From Neoechinorhynchus agilis (Eukaryota; Animalia; Acanthocephala), in NCBI GenBank assembly GCA_051530055.1, contig JBMGUZ010000005.1:62001-126000 (forward strand): a DNA stretch of 64,000 bases. The letters are read 5' to 3'. Both the position numbers and the translations under genes were made by a program. Positions 44,750-58,694 of this stretch are shown here, piece after piece (position 1 is the stretch's first letter; every line of letters starts with the position of its first letter). The notes beneath the pieces are model-generated. The model was not told where the DNA came from. It ran no database searches and saw nothing but the letters and a program-made list of their open reading frames with translations.

Positions 44750-47078
44750 GCTAATCACATTCCCCGGTATCTCACATATCGACATTTTTAAGCTTAGGAT
44801 GTTCGCCGAGAACTCTACGAGCCTCTTTCACGATGATCGGACTTGATGTTACTGATTCTTGTCGGTCACGTAAAAGAAGCAGCTCCGGCGGCGTGTACCG
44901 CTCCATTGGTGATGCGGCAACGAACAGGAGCAACAAAATCCACCAGTGTAACGGGAAAAAGCGAGGGCGTCGTAGCTCTCGCCGACGACTTGAGCGTCGA
45001 AATGAGCGAAACTGTCGCTGGAGGCAACGAAAGCGTCAGTCGAAGCTCATCACCGTGGTGGGTACGGACTGTTCAGGTGGCGCTGACAGCCGTGAGCCCT
45101 TTGACCCAGCTATTTCAAACAGAAGAGGACTACGAATCAGATCCTTGAATTGTAGGAATCTGCTAGCGCAATGGCGTAGGTGAACCCTGGCCAAATTGGC
45201 AAGGGACGCCAGAATGGATCTTGTGTTTTCACAAGAATTGCGCATAAGAGGGCAATCAGACTGAGACGTAAATCAGGAGGATTTAGGAGGAGGCTGGTCA
45301 TTATCTTACCTATCTGCGGACAGTCGAGGAAATGGAGGTGTAGGCGTTTGTTTATCACCCCGTCTCCGACACTCAGCACTATGCAATATTATAACTGACC
45401 GAATCCTTCGTGTCAGCATAAAGCATCGGTCGAGAAATCTCTATGCTTTTGGCGTATATTCACCGACCTCCTCGTCGGATGATGAGGCGCTTCCAAAAGG
45501 CACAATCGTCCCAAGCACTGAGGCATACTTCACTGGACCGATTTCCGTGAAGGAAGCGATCGCTGCGGCGAAAATGATGCGTGCGGGACGTGAATCAGGC
45601 CCAGATGGGATAATGGCAGAGGTACTGAGGTTTGAATCCATTGGCAGAAAAATCATACCGATAATGAATGGTGGCTCAGTACCTCAAATCTGGCAAACGG
45701 CGCATTCAACAATGATCCCAAGAAATGCTGCTCGACAAAGGTGGAGGACTGCAGGGCTATATCCTTGATTCCAACACGGCAAAACTTTTCAGCAGCATTT
45801 TGAGACGCCGAATTCAGCCAATCCTCGAGCCGTTTCTAAGAATTGAACAGAACGGCTTCAGGATAGGTCGAGGCACCGCAGAGCACATATTTGCTTTGAG
45901 GAGGATCCTCGAGGAGGCACGAATTCATCAAACGGATGTGACGCTGGTATTTGTTTATTTCCGTCGAGCTTTCGATTCGGTAAATCGAAAGATGATTGGC
46001 GGTATCTTAAAGGAGTATGGAGTGCCGCCGATCATTGTCACATCCGCTTTGGCATTATATAAAAACACAATGTCCGCCGTCAAGACAGCTGACGGTTTGA
46101 CAGAATACTTTTCCACCACTTCAGGTGTTCTGCAGGGCGACACATTGGCTCCTTTCCTCTTCATCTTGGTGCTTGACTGGGTAATGAGATGGGCACTACC
46201 GAATGATGAAGATGGATTTCTTCTGTTTAGGAACAGAGATTGCAGGTATCCTGAGATACGTGCCTCCTACATGGCATATGCCGACGACATCGTATTGATG
46301 TCCTCAACAGTCGAAGGAGCTCAACGCATGCTAAATGGACTGCGCGAGAGGGTGAGTATGATTGGTCTGACCATCAACTCGAAAAAGACGGAATTTTTGA
46401 CGATTCCGCATGTCGCGCATACAGTCTATGGCGAAGGGCGGAATGGCGTTGAGCAATTAAAGCAGATAGAGCGGTATGCCTATCTGGGAACTGTCGTTCC
46501 TGAGGTGAGTGCGGATGTCAGCCGACGGAGAGCTATAGCTTGGAGAGCAATGGGACAACTTAAACCACTGTTTGACAGTGAGTCTTTGCCAGATGAACTC
46601 CGTTCGCAGCTGCTCATGGCTCTAATTGAGAGCATTCTCTACTACAATGCAGAGACCTGGACACTGTCACCAACGGCGACGAGGCAGTTGGACCAAAATC
46701 ATTCATCTCTCTTACGTGCGGCGTTAAAGGTCAGATGGTCAGATAAAGTGACCAACAAAGCACTGTATAAGAGAGCCGGAGTCCAACCGCCCAGTGAATA
46801 TTTTCGCCACAGACGACTGCAGTTCATGAGCAATATAATTCGGTCCGAGGCATCTTGCCCACAGGTCGTGCAACAGTTCCTTTTATGGAAGCCAACGACA
46901 TTGTATCGTAAAGGCAAAGGGAACTGTCGTACATGCGATGACCTGATTTTAAGAAACGCGAATTGCCCGCATAACAGGACTGCTGTCGTGTATTTTAGAT
47001 CCCTTGCGGAGTCTAATTCTATTTGACGGGCTTATACCTACGGTGCAACGTAGGAAAGTACCGCTGCATACAATACAA
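44750..47078 (+). mobile_element. RTE-group LINE with partial APE endonuclease and 433-codon RT, inactive
   Basis: APE N-terminus (IRSLNCRNL, FSQEL, GGVG, VYSPT), then an internal deletion. RT reads EQNGFR..FVYFRRAFDSV..GVLQGDTLAPFLF..YADD, with the motif A Asp read as Tyr. A TACAATACAAT tail ends it. Confidence 0.85.
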
Positions 47079-47734
47079 TTCCAATGGCCAGAGGTGTTTG
47101 AGCCCAATGTCCCCATTTTTGACACTTGTTGCATTTTGGATAGGTATAGTCATCTTGTTGTGAAATTTTGTTCATAAAGAATTTTACTTCCACAGATTGA
47201 AAGGAGCATGGAGATGTTGTTAGCTTGTCTTGAACATGAACAGGTGTTTTAACCACTGGCCGAGGAATCAGTTTCCCACGTAGTAAAGACTTTAAGAAGA
47301 ATAACAGCTTACATCCGAACTTTTCGAAAGCGACCCTGTCTTCATTATCTATCTCCGGTGAGAGGTCAGAAACGATGGACGTAGATGTATAGCTTGAATC
47401 CGCGTATTGCAGGCTAGCATCATCCTTAAATCTAGTAAGGAAAACTCCTGAATTGTTTCTTAAATAAATCGGAGATGAAGTGAACTTTCAAAACTCAACC
47501 ATTAAGCGAAATTGACTTAATATGACGGCGCTGCGTAAGCCTTGTTAAGGGATTCCCTGGGTTGAACGGGGTTCGTCGTTATTGAGATCGAAAATGGCCA
47601 TTTTTTAAATTGGTATCGAGGTACTGATAATCGCTTGAATTCGCACGATCTTGAGGTTTTTGTTGTATGTTCCCGAGCTGTTCATGACTCACCTCAGGAA
47701 TGAAAGGTCCACTCATGTCTTCGTCCGTATCCAT
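47079..47734 (-). mobile_element. Decayed LINE ORF1 fragment, second copy
   Basis: Paralogue of 22482-23163 (TYPKCNKCQKWGHW). Confidence 0.7.
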
Positions 47735-47759
47735 TAATTCCGTCACTTGGTCGTCTTAA

Positions 47760-50700
47760 CGAGTTTAATTCATTGTTTTAACATTATTTTCTGGTCGACA
47801 TGAAAAAATACAAAATTAATGATTTGTTATTGATTTGGTTTCGATTTGTAGAGGGAACATAACGCGTTTTATTAATAATGCGTTCAAATGGGCATAAATT
47901 TTTGTTCATTGGTACACTCGACAGTGTTCGACCGGTTGAGATAATGTATTTTTTAACAGCAATAAATAACCTTAGCACTAAATTGTTAAGACCTTTAGAG
48001 TTTGTTGAAGTAACAAAGATAAATGAAGCGTTAATGTAATCTTTCTGGCGAAAAGCTAAAGTTATAAAACCTTTTGCAAAAACGTCGAATTGGTTTTTGG
48101 AAATAATAATTCATTTCCTTCAGGATGTCGATGCTTCGCGGTCACATTGACACCTTCAATGTCTTTTTTCATCCCGAATCGTGGAATTGAAACAAACAGA
48201 AATTTTATCGATGGATACAAAAATTTTCTTTAATTTTTTTCGGTGCCCTCTGAAGCGTCCGAGCGGACACTGTACTCGTCATTGGGCTTTGGCCTGAGGC
48301 CGCAACTTACTGTAAATTGTTTCGAGATAGAAGTGAAAGTTAGAAAGTTGTTTTTCGCAGTGAGAGTTCGTTAGCGAAAATCGATACTCTTTTGATGTTC
48401 TTTGAAAAGTGAGCCTTACCTTAACTCACGGAGAAAAACTTCTTGCGCTCTTCGCTATCTATGAACTCGTCAATAAACACCTTACCTTGAAAGTTGCGAC
48501 GAATCCAACAGAGCTTAAAAGACTAAAATTATAATTAATTTTTACCTTTCAATACAAGTATATTTGAATCTTTGCCAAAAACCAGAGGGAGTGAAATATA
48601 AAAGTCGTTAAAATAAATCGTGTATTCAAAAATTAACTTCATTGGGGTTGAGTCAAGAGTTTTCATCGCAAACTCTACTTAGTATACAACGCCTATGCTT
48701 TTTCGAGGCAATAAAAAGAATTAACGATATTCTTCAGGTCATTTCAATCCAATGGTCGTCTTTCAAGGAAAATAACTACAAGACCGCTTTTTTAGACATA
48801 TTAGAATATTTCACAGCAAAACACGAAAGCTTGAAAATCTGTTTCTACGATCTTTGGACAGCATTTTATTAAAAAACGATGGAGACTTCTTGTTCGAAGA
48901 ATGAAAGGTTGGATAAGCAATAAAAAGCTCAGGAAAATATTATTGCTACCATCAAAATTCGAATTCGATGCCCTAAAGTGTTGAATGGAGGCTTCGAGCA
49001 TCTTCGTATCCGAATTTAATGGCAATACTTAAAGTGATTTAATGATCTTTTTGCAGTGCAAATTCTCTCTTTTAAGAATCGCTTCTACGGAACCTCATCC
49101 TTTTTCTCTTCTACTCTTATCATTTGCAACTTCGTGTACACGATTACCAACGCTCTCACTAATTCAAATTTAGAACATTGGAGGATTGGCTACCACAAAT
49201 AAAGAAATATTGCGATATAAAAATCAAGTGCTCCCAAATATTTGTATGATTGTACAAGTGCTAATGAGCCAAGGCCTTGTTCGAATATGAAACATCTTTA
49301 ATTTCACGAACAGTTACAAAACTATATAATAATAACACATTTTACTAATAATCGATACTAAACTTTGAACGGTCAGAAAAATATCCTTCTGAAGTAGTTG
49401 AATGCCGCAACGGCCACTTGGTAGACGGCATCAATAATATTCTTTATTGTTGTCAATCCATTCCAAGGTTTCGATACGATATTCGGCTCCGTTTGCGTGC
49501 TACTTTCTTGCAAATCTATTATCTTGCACGTCGCTGGGCGTACATAACGACCTTGAGGTTCTTTTGGCTCTACTTCACTAAATAAAGTAAAAAACTCGCT
49601 GTATTTTTCGAATTCCAACGACGACTCATTAAATATAACGGTTGATTCCTGAAAATCGAGAAACGATTCGTAGTAATCTTCGTTTCCATTCCAAACGTGA
49701 TTAAAGGCCGGATTCTCACAATAGAGAAGAGGTGAGCCATATTCGTCCATTCCTGATCGTGAATCGTAATAATCAAAAGTCACGTTCTCGAAACCTGGTG
49801 GAGTTGAGAAGTATCCTTCGTTTTCGGGCTCGTAATCGTAATAAGAAAATGAGCAATTTTCAAAACCTGGTGGAGGTAAGCAATATTCTTCATTTCCAAT
49901 CGATGAATGATTATTACTGAAGTCATCTATGCTTGGTGGTGACTCATTGAAAATAAAGGTGAAATCATCAAAGCCGGGCGGAGGTGCACAATTATTTATA
50001 GTATTATCTGCGTTTTCCAAAATTTTTTCGACTTCTCGATCGAGGTAAATATCATCATCTAAGGGATTATATATTTGGTGACCTTGGTGAATAATGTCGA
50101 ACGTTGGTGGATCTGGATGGCTGAAACTATTGGGCTGACCAGAGATGTGGTTCCGCAGGAATTGTGCGCTTTCCTCGATTGGTGGTGCCCTTATCCCGAA
50201 TGGTTGTCTTGTCGTCATACTTCAAATCTGTAGCTCCGAACTGTCTAAAATTAGGAAACTACGGTTAGTCGAGATTTTGGAGGCTTTACTTTCTTTATCA
50301 GGTTTTCTAATGATCTACCAAAAAGTTCAGTTACTTAACAGCTAAATGTTTCTATAAACCTGACGCAGCGTTTCGAATGACAGGTGATTTTCAAATCATT
50401 CCAAATTAAAACTAATGCAATTTCTGCAAATTTTATGACATTTCATATCCCTAAAACCCCGCTGAATTGCAACATTCTGATTGGGGAATTCTTTACTGTA
50501 TCGCTTTCGACACTTATCAAGACGTTACAACCGATATCACAAACGTATTGATTGTCTACGGTTGAAACTCCGATACGTGTCAAAGAGGTCGATTTTAATC
50601 TGTCGATTGAACCGTAAAATTGATGACACATCCCTAATGAGGCGTGAAAATTCGTTTCGGAACAAGCGACTTAGTTGTTGTTAATACCTTACAGCTACTT

Positions 50701-53010
50701 TAGCATTAAAATTCGATGCTTTTTACAAAGACAGGTAATTAGAGCATGCTGATTGGCTACTTTTCATTGAGGAAACCATACACGTGATGTTCCGAAATAT
50801 GTGGAGGGAAAAACGTTTGTGCTAATACCTCGCTATCTATTGATCGATTAACCCATTTCATCAAATTTTACTTCCAAAAATACGGATTCAATTTGAGATC
50901 TCATGATGTAAATTTGTCCGAAATTTCTTACCTCGATTTAATAGAAAAATTTCTTGCTAGGATTTCATTAGATTTTTGAAAGGATGCAACGAGGACGAAA
51001 ATTGTCTCGAAACCGTTATCAAATATCTCTTCTCTTTTGAAGAATTTAATTTGACATGTCTTAATGACAACATTTTTCCTTCCGCAATACTAAAAAGCAC
51101 GTTATAAATATTGTTCACGCACAGAAATAATGACATTCCTTGATCGATTTGGTATTGAGAAATATTACAGTTCTTAATAATCTTTGCATTTATTTGCATG
51201 GTATCGATGGTTATGAGGATCGGGAAATCGAGAAAGTTTCAACGACCAACAGAATCAGCTGGTGGAAGTTCGAGAAAGAGGGAAATGAATAGTGATGCCT
51301 TAGCAGTCCTCAGGATCCCATTCGTTAGAGAAAAAACCCAAGAGCGACATCAGGAGGCTCAAAAAGAGACAGGTCTATAAATTCCATCAGTTCACAGGAG
51401 CCCTCCGAAAAAGCATCCGGCAAGCAATGTCCAAGGACGATTGACGCCAAAAATGCCACTTTGCACGAGGAGTAATGCCAACTATTAGACTAAATGTGTT
51501 CAGTGCGCACAAGAACAGATTCGAGTCGTCTACATTGGGAAGATGGACGTATTTGTGAACAGTTTCGTAATGCTTTACCTAAAGAATGTGATTTCCAATT
51601 CAGTTGGTTTCGCTGCTCAGTACCTTCAAGATGCATTAACCCGCTTGGTCGATGAACAGTGAGAGTGAGGGGCTCAAATTCTAGATCAGAAATCCATGGG
51701 ACACGATCTTATTTTATTTGAATTTGGACAGTTCGATCTAAAGACTAAAGTGGTTTTCTATGACAAGACTATCATTAATTTCAAACCATCAAATAAAATC
51801 TAATCTGTATAAAATTAACTGAAATGAATGATATTATGTCCAAGGCCCCCAATGATAACTTGGTCACCTTTTCATGTCTAAGGAAACAGAGACCCTCCAA
51901 ATTAACAAATTTTCGTATGAGATTATCAATAATCAGTGAATCGCAAGGCAACATGACCTTAAGTAAATTTTAAAAAGCAGAATTTTACAAATGTCTTGCA
52001 AATGAAAATCTAGAAAGAGATGTCGACAAAGATGGGTGGGTTCCAAGATGTTGGGGAAGTTCGCCGTTCTCAACGCCCAAGAAATTACGCTATTGATCTC
52101 AGAATGGCGTGAGAACCTTCCTCCTGACTTTTGGCAAACGAAACCGTGTCGCCCGAAAGCATCAACCAAAGACCCACATCGACAGCGATGGAGCGTGTAT
52201 ATCGGGAGACCAAGTCTTAAGGAAACTGCGATCCTCGTTACCTCATCAGTGAGAAGAGTTCCCATGGATGCCAGAGGAACAGCCCCCAACCACGCTCCCG
52301 ATTTTCGTGTCGAAATTGCCGACAATCTAGCTCGGACGACCCCATCAAAAAAACCTGAAAGTAGTGAGCTGTGAGCTCTCGCGGCGAGAGGTATTTCCCA
52401 GATCAACTGTCTGACGCCATTCACGGGAACATGGTTAGCGCCTGTCTGCTGGCACCATTCTTCAACTGCCACCACAAATTCTTGGTCAAGACAAAACTTT
52501 TCCCTCAGAATTTTCTTCGCTATTGGTTGACTCCCCTCATACGATCCAAGAAAGGCTGGCAAGGCAAGGTCTAATAACGCCGGAATGCCCATTCCCTCAG
52601 ATGACACTGGCAATGAAGATTGTCGCCACTACTCATCTGAGAGCTGTAAATTAAAAATACGCTCGGGACAAGCCCTCACCTTGTCGTCGAGCTCAGCCAA
52701 TCCTTCTTTATGTTTGAAGAATGTTGCTATGCGGACCTTATATAACAATTTCGGGGTAAAGAGTGCGTTCTTTATCCGAAATAATGCTTCGTGAGCCGAA
52801 AGAGCGCTGACCCTATCACACAGCAACGAAAGTTTCGGTATGATGTGGCCGATCTCAGCGTCCACATTTGAATCAAATACGCAACTACCCAGGAGGCTGA
52901 GTTGCTCTGGAGTCTGAGCTCTATGTCCATTCTCGAGGTCTCCCTAATAAGCGTCTCCAAATCGCACAGTACAACGGAGGGATCACCTCCGAGCGTAGCC
53001 GCATCCAAAT
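47760..53010 (+). repeat. Segmental duplicate of ~16623-22070 (A, orphan ORF, B, CRE)
   Basis: Collinear match at an offset of ~31 kb. The segment 19600-20220 is absent here. Confidence 0.9.
49373..50218 (-). CDS. Unrecognised 281-aa acidic/Pro-rich protein with three PPGF motifs, copy 2
   Basis: Intact; five amino-acid differences from copy 1 (N41D, F53L, Y189F, D194V, C206Y). Confidence 0.7.
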   Translation of the reverse strand: MTTRQPFGIRAPPIEESAQFLRNHISGQPNSFSHPDPPTFDIIHQGHQIYNPLDDDIYLDREVEKILENADNTINNCAPPPGFDDFTFIFNESPPSIDDFSNNHSSIGNEEYCLPPPGFENCSFSYYDYEPENEGYFSTPPGFENVTFDYYDSRSGMDEYGSPLLYCENPAFNHVWNGNEDYYESFLDFQESTVIFNESSLEFEKYSEFFTLFSEVEPKEPQGRYVRPATCKIIDLQESSTQTEPNIVSKPWNGLTTIKNIIDAVYQVAVAAFNYFRRIFF

Positions 53011-54690
53011 ACCAAGCGCTGGAGCTGGAATGGAGAGAGTGCGCTATTGGATTTACTGTTGGGAGAATGCGATTGGACCGAGAGGATCCTTATGCTGCTC
53101 TCCTCTTTCGGACCAAATAAGGTGGTCTTCAAAAAGCAAAGGAGTCGCGGTCCCGTGAGCATTGAGAAAATACTGGAAAGCTTCTGGTGCTTGATCCCTA
53201 ATTGTACAGAACATACATTCTCTATTGAAAGAGTAAAGGGCGTTCTGAAAATCACACTTAAGAATCACGCACGGCTCTGAATTCCTCGTAGTAAAGTTTC
53301 GGAGCGCGTGGACAATAGTTTCCGCCCCACAGGATGTGCAGCAGCCCAGTTGGACTGGGCGAAGTTGCTGCCCGGTTTTCTCTTTGATACGTCTACAGAG
53401 AATTTTTCTGCAAGTCGGCGTATCGTCGAAGATACGGCGATGGGACGAATCCCGCCTTCTTTTTTTGTGAGGGCACATAATGATGCTCCGAAGAATTGGT
53501 AATTTGCAACGGAATTCAAATCCTCTACAGTCGGGCGGTCGACCACCCGAGAAAGCGCACTTTCCAGAGAGAGCTGCTTCACCAGTTATATAATAATAAC
53601 ACGTTTATTGGATACAAAGAAAGGTTTAGGAGGACCCATGTACCTTTGAGTCCTCATCCGTTAATATGGTATATGCCGTCGAGAGATGTTCGTTCGGGAG
53701 GTAATATCTGATCGGAGGGATGTCTATTCGGGTTGGAAATTTCTAGTCGGGGACGGTTCGTTCGGGTGAAAGGACATCGTGTTCTTTAGGTGCTGAGGCC
53801 TTTTCTCGTCAAGTTCATGACACGAACCATTTGCAAAAGATGAGATGGCTTTTTTAACTCTAAAATTTGAGTGGGTGTCCTGTTTTGTATGGGAGGATGT
53901 GTAATTTCAAAACTGCCACCACTGCATGGATGTTTTGACCGGAGTATTTTTAGTGTCGCGTTGTCTCATTGTGCAAAACTGTCGGAGGATGACAATAACC
54001 GAACTGCCCTCCGAGCATTTCCGTCCGTAATCTTCGAAGAAACTCGTTCAGTCAGGGATCCCTTTGAAAAACGGCAACGAAACGTGCGTCCCTCACGAAC
54101 CTCACGAAATCTCATTTCGAAATTGTGAAATATCTGTTCGAAGGAGTCAAAGACACTTCAGAATCATCACTGGTACAAAGGACTAAGCGCGGGAATGCGA
54201 AGAACCGGGTCTATGGTGGCGCACAGTTATTTTGGAGGCAATCGTTGAGGAATCCCGTAAATGTTTTGGCGACCTGATGTGGTACGCAGTTTGAGATCCG
54301 TTTCAGGATGTTCCTGAGCAGAACCCGCACTATATCAGGTATCGAGAGGTCCTAGGCATAAACAGATTGGTTTATTGTGGTGGAGAACCAGACCCGCTAC
54401 AGCGGAGATCCCTGGGAACATTGGCAAACAAAACCCTAAACTTTGTTAATTTAAGGACTTATCGCAAACCGGACACACGCCAATAGAGACGCGTGGGAGC
54501 TCGGCAGCGTTGGTCTTCTATGGTTGAGCCGATCGATAAGTGGCGCGTTCAAGGTGTCTTCGTCAGTAGCGTCGATTGTAGGCGATATGAACGCAGTTCG
54601 CTGCTTGTTTTAAGTCGAGATTTTTTTGAGAACTGAGCCTAAGAATTGTCAGAATTTTATGGCGGTTGCATTGATTGTTGGCGATTATGT
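52020..54690 (-). mobile_element. Longest CRE-clade family 1 copy (N-terminal zinc finger, RT, start of RLE), decayed
   Basis: GVCPVC..PRDLRCSGSG, RPQHLK, KKEGGIRPIAVSSTIRRL, QLGCC..GAETIVHA, LKCDFQNA, QHKDPLGP, WYLDAATLG and RHSEIN..ILEP. A ~185-bp insertion lies at ~53590-53773. Confidence 0.9.
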
Positions 54691-54843
54691 GGTCGTCGGT
54701 CCTTGAATTTCCGAATATGCAATACGCTTTTCAAATTGAGTATTTCATTGTTGCGTGGGTAACAGAGTCAGCCTATTCATTAAACGATCTCTCTCTTGTA
54801 ATTCATTATAAGATCATCGATAGAAAGTCCTTCGGGATAATAA

Positions 54844-55007
54844 AATTACACCTTCGGTGGGAATAATCCCGGTCATTACATATTTTATTAATCCGAAATA
54901 TTTCGCGAGGTATCCTCGCCTCTTCAGTCATCTAAAAGTACCTCGCGAGATATTTCGAATAAATAAAATATGTAATGACCGGGATTATTCTCACAGAAAG
55001 TGTAATT
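54844..55007. repeat. Long inverted repeat: 69-bp arms, 26-nt loop
   Basis: 54844-54912 matches the reverse complement of 54939-55007 at 63 of 69 positions with no gaps. Confidence 0.9.
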
Positions 55008-55199
55008 ATAAGATCATTTCGGGATTTCTGTTACACCCTCAGTCGCTGATGATGGTTGAATGGAATTTTATCGCTTTTCAAGCTAATGCTCAATTCCGGG
55101 CTAATCTCCCAATTAGAATCCTTCGACTTCCCATGCTTTTTATTTTGGTTCTTGTACTGTGGAAGGAACGTTTCGGTCCGCAATATCTAAATCCGGCTT

Positions 55200-56000
55200 C
55201 GTAAATTTCATATACCACAAACGAAAGAGCTCTAAAGAAATATTTTGAATTCAGGAGTAGATCTCGTCTTCGTTGACCTTAATGATCCTTCATCAAAGTG
55301 TTTGAAAGGAGTAATCAGGTCTACTGACTTGATCGATATTATTTCATCGCATTACCCCACCTTCTCCTCGAATAATTCGACGACTTATTTTGATCTGTGC
55401 CTCAGGCCGAGAGCGTGATGGCTCAAGCTTTTGGCATAAACCCAATCAGTTGTTTATCTTCGCACGGAAGATGATTTGATTATGTGGAACTTCGAGCACC
55501 ACCAACTTTTCGGTAAAACATTCAAGATCACTTGGTTAGACTTCAATCCTTTTAATCCAGTCCTCAGATTGTGATCTAAACTTTTACAAAAAAAGGCAAA
55601 TGATGAGGGTAATGGAAATCGGAGACGCTGTTGCATATCGGGTTAATTCATTGCAGACTCGGCAGTTCTTAAGCAGAAATTGGGAAGCCAATTAGAAGAG
55701 GATCAGCGAGAGCGGGGACCCTTGCGGAACTCCTTTAGTTTGATGATAAATCTTGTGAGATGTGTTATCTTGATAAAAAATTGCTCAGACTTCATAGTGT
55801 TGTGCACTCATGCAACTAGGTTATAAGGGAAGTGAAAATAACGAAGGATCTTTATTATAAAAGCGATATCAATGTTATCAAAAGCCTTAGAGATATCGAA
55901 GGAAATTAAAATGTTCATTGACTTCTTATTGGAATTAAAATCAGTGATAATTTCAGACAAAACCGTCTGAACAGATTTATGGGGTAAAAACCGTGGCATT
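55200..56000 (-). mobile_element. Decayed LINE RT and ORF2 3' end
   Basis: KSMNILISFDISKAFDNID and GVPQGSPLSLILF, then a deletion to QRLRFPLPSS..LPKSW. Confidence 0.7.
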
Positions 56001-56013
56001 CGTGGTCGAGCAA

Positions 56014-56765
56014 TTAGTGCCCGTTCGTAGATTGGACGATCAACTCTGAACAGCGGAAAGTGCCGAACAGCTCCCTGATCTCCACATTTCTTTGCTTATC
56101 CTTGAGAATGCACCCTGCTGCCCATCTCAGCATCCTCATCTCGTGCGTTTCTAATCTTCTGAGGTCGTTTTGCTTGGTCGTCCAAGTTTCTGCGCTATAT
56201 AACATGGCTGGCCGCACCACGGTCTCGAACACCCGCCCTTTCAGTTTTGGTGAGATCTTTTTGTTGCATAATACACTAGAGATCTTCCTCCAATTGAGCC
56301 ACTCCCTTTGTATATGAGCAGTTATTTCGGGTTCGGAGGAATTTGCCATATTTACTTCGCTGCCTTTATATTTCACTGTTCTTCTCATCGTCAAATCCAC
56401 ACCTTCTAATTTTAACGCTTCCGGTCCCATGCATATTGTCTTCAACCTTTTTACCTTAAGACCGGTGGCTTCCAATGCCTCACGCTACCCTTCTAGACTT
56501 CGCTGAGACCTTTCACGTGTTTCAGCTGTCACCATCAAGACATCAGCGACCAATAGTGTCCTTGGAGGCTTTCGGACGATTTGCTTAGAACCCAACACAT
56601 CCATGATCGTGATGAATAGGAATGGACTGAGGGCTGATCCATGATGCAATCCAACTGTAACCTCAAAATCGTTTGTCTCTCCAACACTGCATCTGGCACA
56701 AGTACAGGATCCTTCGTACATGATCTGGATTGCTCTCGTGTATTCACACCCAGTGAAATCAGCAA
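56014..56765 (-). mobile_element. RTE-clade LINE RT fragment
   Basis: VGLHHGSALSPFLF and LKGRVFETVVRPAMLYSAETW..EMRMLRW..RNVEIR; YADD has decayed to VADV. Confidence 0.85.
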
Positions 56766-58694
56766 TAAGCTGTTCTTTATGCTTCTTAATTCGTGGCCGG
56801 CCTCCGCAACTTATAGCCCCCGTTTTACAGGCTTTAGCTTAGAAATATAATTTAATTAAGGCTTTTCTCGAGTTCGACACAACTTTTCATAAAATTATTG
56901 GGACAAAATAAATTCCCGGTATTAAGACTGGGTCGTTCAGGAAGCCTATATCTACAAATTAAGATGCCAATATATAAACCTCATAACATAGCACGAGATA
57001 TAGTTCAAATATAGCTTAAAACAATTGTACGTGCAGTGATTGGTTTCTTCAATTACCCAAATAACAAGAACGCCGGGCAGGATTGAGAGAAAGCTGATAA
57101 AAAATTGTTAAGGAGATCCTGAAAAGGACAAATGTGGCACATTAAATATATTACAGCTTTTAGCAATGGGGAAATAGTAATCGTTTATTAAGTTCGCAGT
57201 TAACGGCAATGTAGCACACCGTTTTTGTTCTGAATGTTAAACTTTAAGATTTGAACAAAAACTCGGATCATGCGATTTAGTACTTAAGTGTCAGTATTCG
57301 ATAAGCAGTGATCAGTCGTGAATGTCATTTCGTGATTTAAAGAAATCCTTAATATTAGTCAATGGTGTATAACTCAAGAAGTGCTCGTAGTCAAATAAGG
57401 CGGAATGCAGACTAAAACTCAAGATAAAGCCACCCTTAACTACCTCTACATTTCAGCGAAGTCCGTCGAGACGGGCGAAATATTGGGAATTAATTAATCA
57501 ATCTCTATTCTTCAAATCTATAAAAAATAGTGACTAGGCAACGTTCGAGTGAGCTGGCCAAGTTATTTTATCAAGCGGCCTCGGACTGCACCAATCGACG
57601 TTGCTAGTAAGCCCTCGAAGACGGAATGGGCTCCAAGCCGTGACAGATTGCGTTCTTCGGCGCAGACTCTTAAGAGGTTGCAAGTGTGACCCAAGGAATG
57701 AGCAACACTGATTTAGCGAACCCGATAAAGATTGTCCAAGGGATTTCGTCAAGAGGGTCGTCTTTAAGGCATCGATCAAGTCTCTTAGTTTCTTTGCTAT
57801 CATAGATCTTGTTGATCGAGGGATACTCCAGATTGCGGGAACGCTTTGTGTTAGGAGGTTTTGTTGCCCATTTGTAGATTCCGGGGTAGCCGTAAGACGG
57901 CGAAAGCTCGAAAATTAACATTTTATTTTTCTTTATCACTGCAATGGCGAACCAAAGTGTCAATGGAAAACAAAACTGGATCAATAATGTGGCTGGAAAA
58001 TTAAGTAGTATTTGACAAGATTATGCCCATTGTTTTCGAAAGGAACATGCGCCGGTAATCGTCGCGGCGGTGTAAGGCAATAAAATTTTTGTTTAAGTAT
58101 TTTATACGCATTTTTAAGGATTTGCATTGATTGCCCGTAAAACTTAAGCACTTTAATATATTCTTATCTTTAGTCTGGTGGGCCGGTTAAAATTATTCTG
58201 TGTTGAAGTTGAAGCCTTTTTCACGGCTAGTTATTTTCCTTGGACATAGAACCCACCGATTTAAGTCACGGAAGCGCATTAATCACTTAATAACCTGAAC
58301 AATACCGTTATGAGTTTGTATATCCCTCGGGATCCCCAGATACCTCCAGGTGACGGGACTCATCAGTAACTTTATTCTCTTCAACGGTATTTTGTCCTCT
58401 TTCGTTATGAGTCACCGACGATAATGGGCATTGAAGCCTTTGACCCTCAACCATAGATTTGAAGCTCAAGTCCGGCCAGTTTTCGACTAAGGGAAAATAA
58501 GCCGTGTGAATGATGGCCACTTTAAATGCATTCAGGAGTAATGGCTACCCGGACACAAAATAAAATAATTAACATTGTTCATGACATTGTTTCCCAAAAC
58601 CATTCGATTTCGCGATTTTCAATAAAATCTGACTACCTCATCTGCAATAACGTTTTCCGCACTTAAAGTCGCGAAAGTGAATTCCCTAATTAAC

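Noticed and set aside
44740-44840. HDV-like ribozyme at the RTE 5' end
   Set aside because: Such ribozymes are known for RTE elements, but I could not fold a nested double pseudoknot here by eye.
56911-56965. Hammerhead-like remnant next to a 20-bp match to the PLE1 3' region
   Set aside because: Core boxes are altered (CUGAACGA, GAAU) and helix II starts with C; too degenerate to call.
57047-57060. AATTACCCAA as a spliced-leader RNA gene and CRE target
   Set aside because: Only a 10-nt match to nematode SL1, with no donor, Sm site or adjacent CRE junction.
57534-58520. Short minus-strand ORFs (89, 104 and 70 aa)
   Set aside because: No recognisable domain, no paralogue in the window and no convincing splice pattern.
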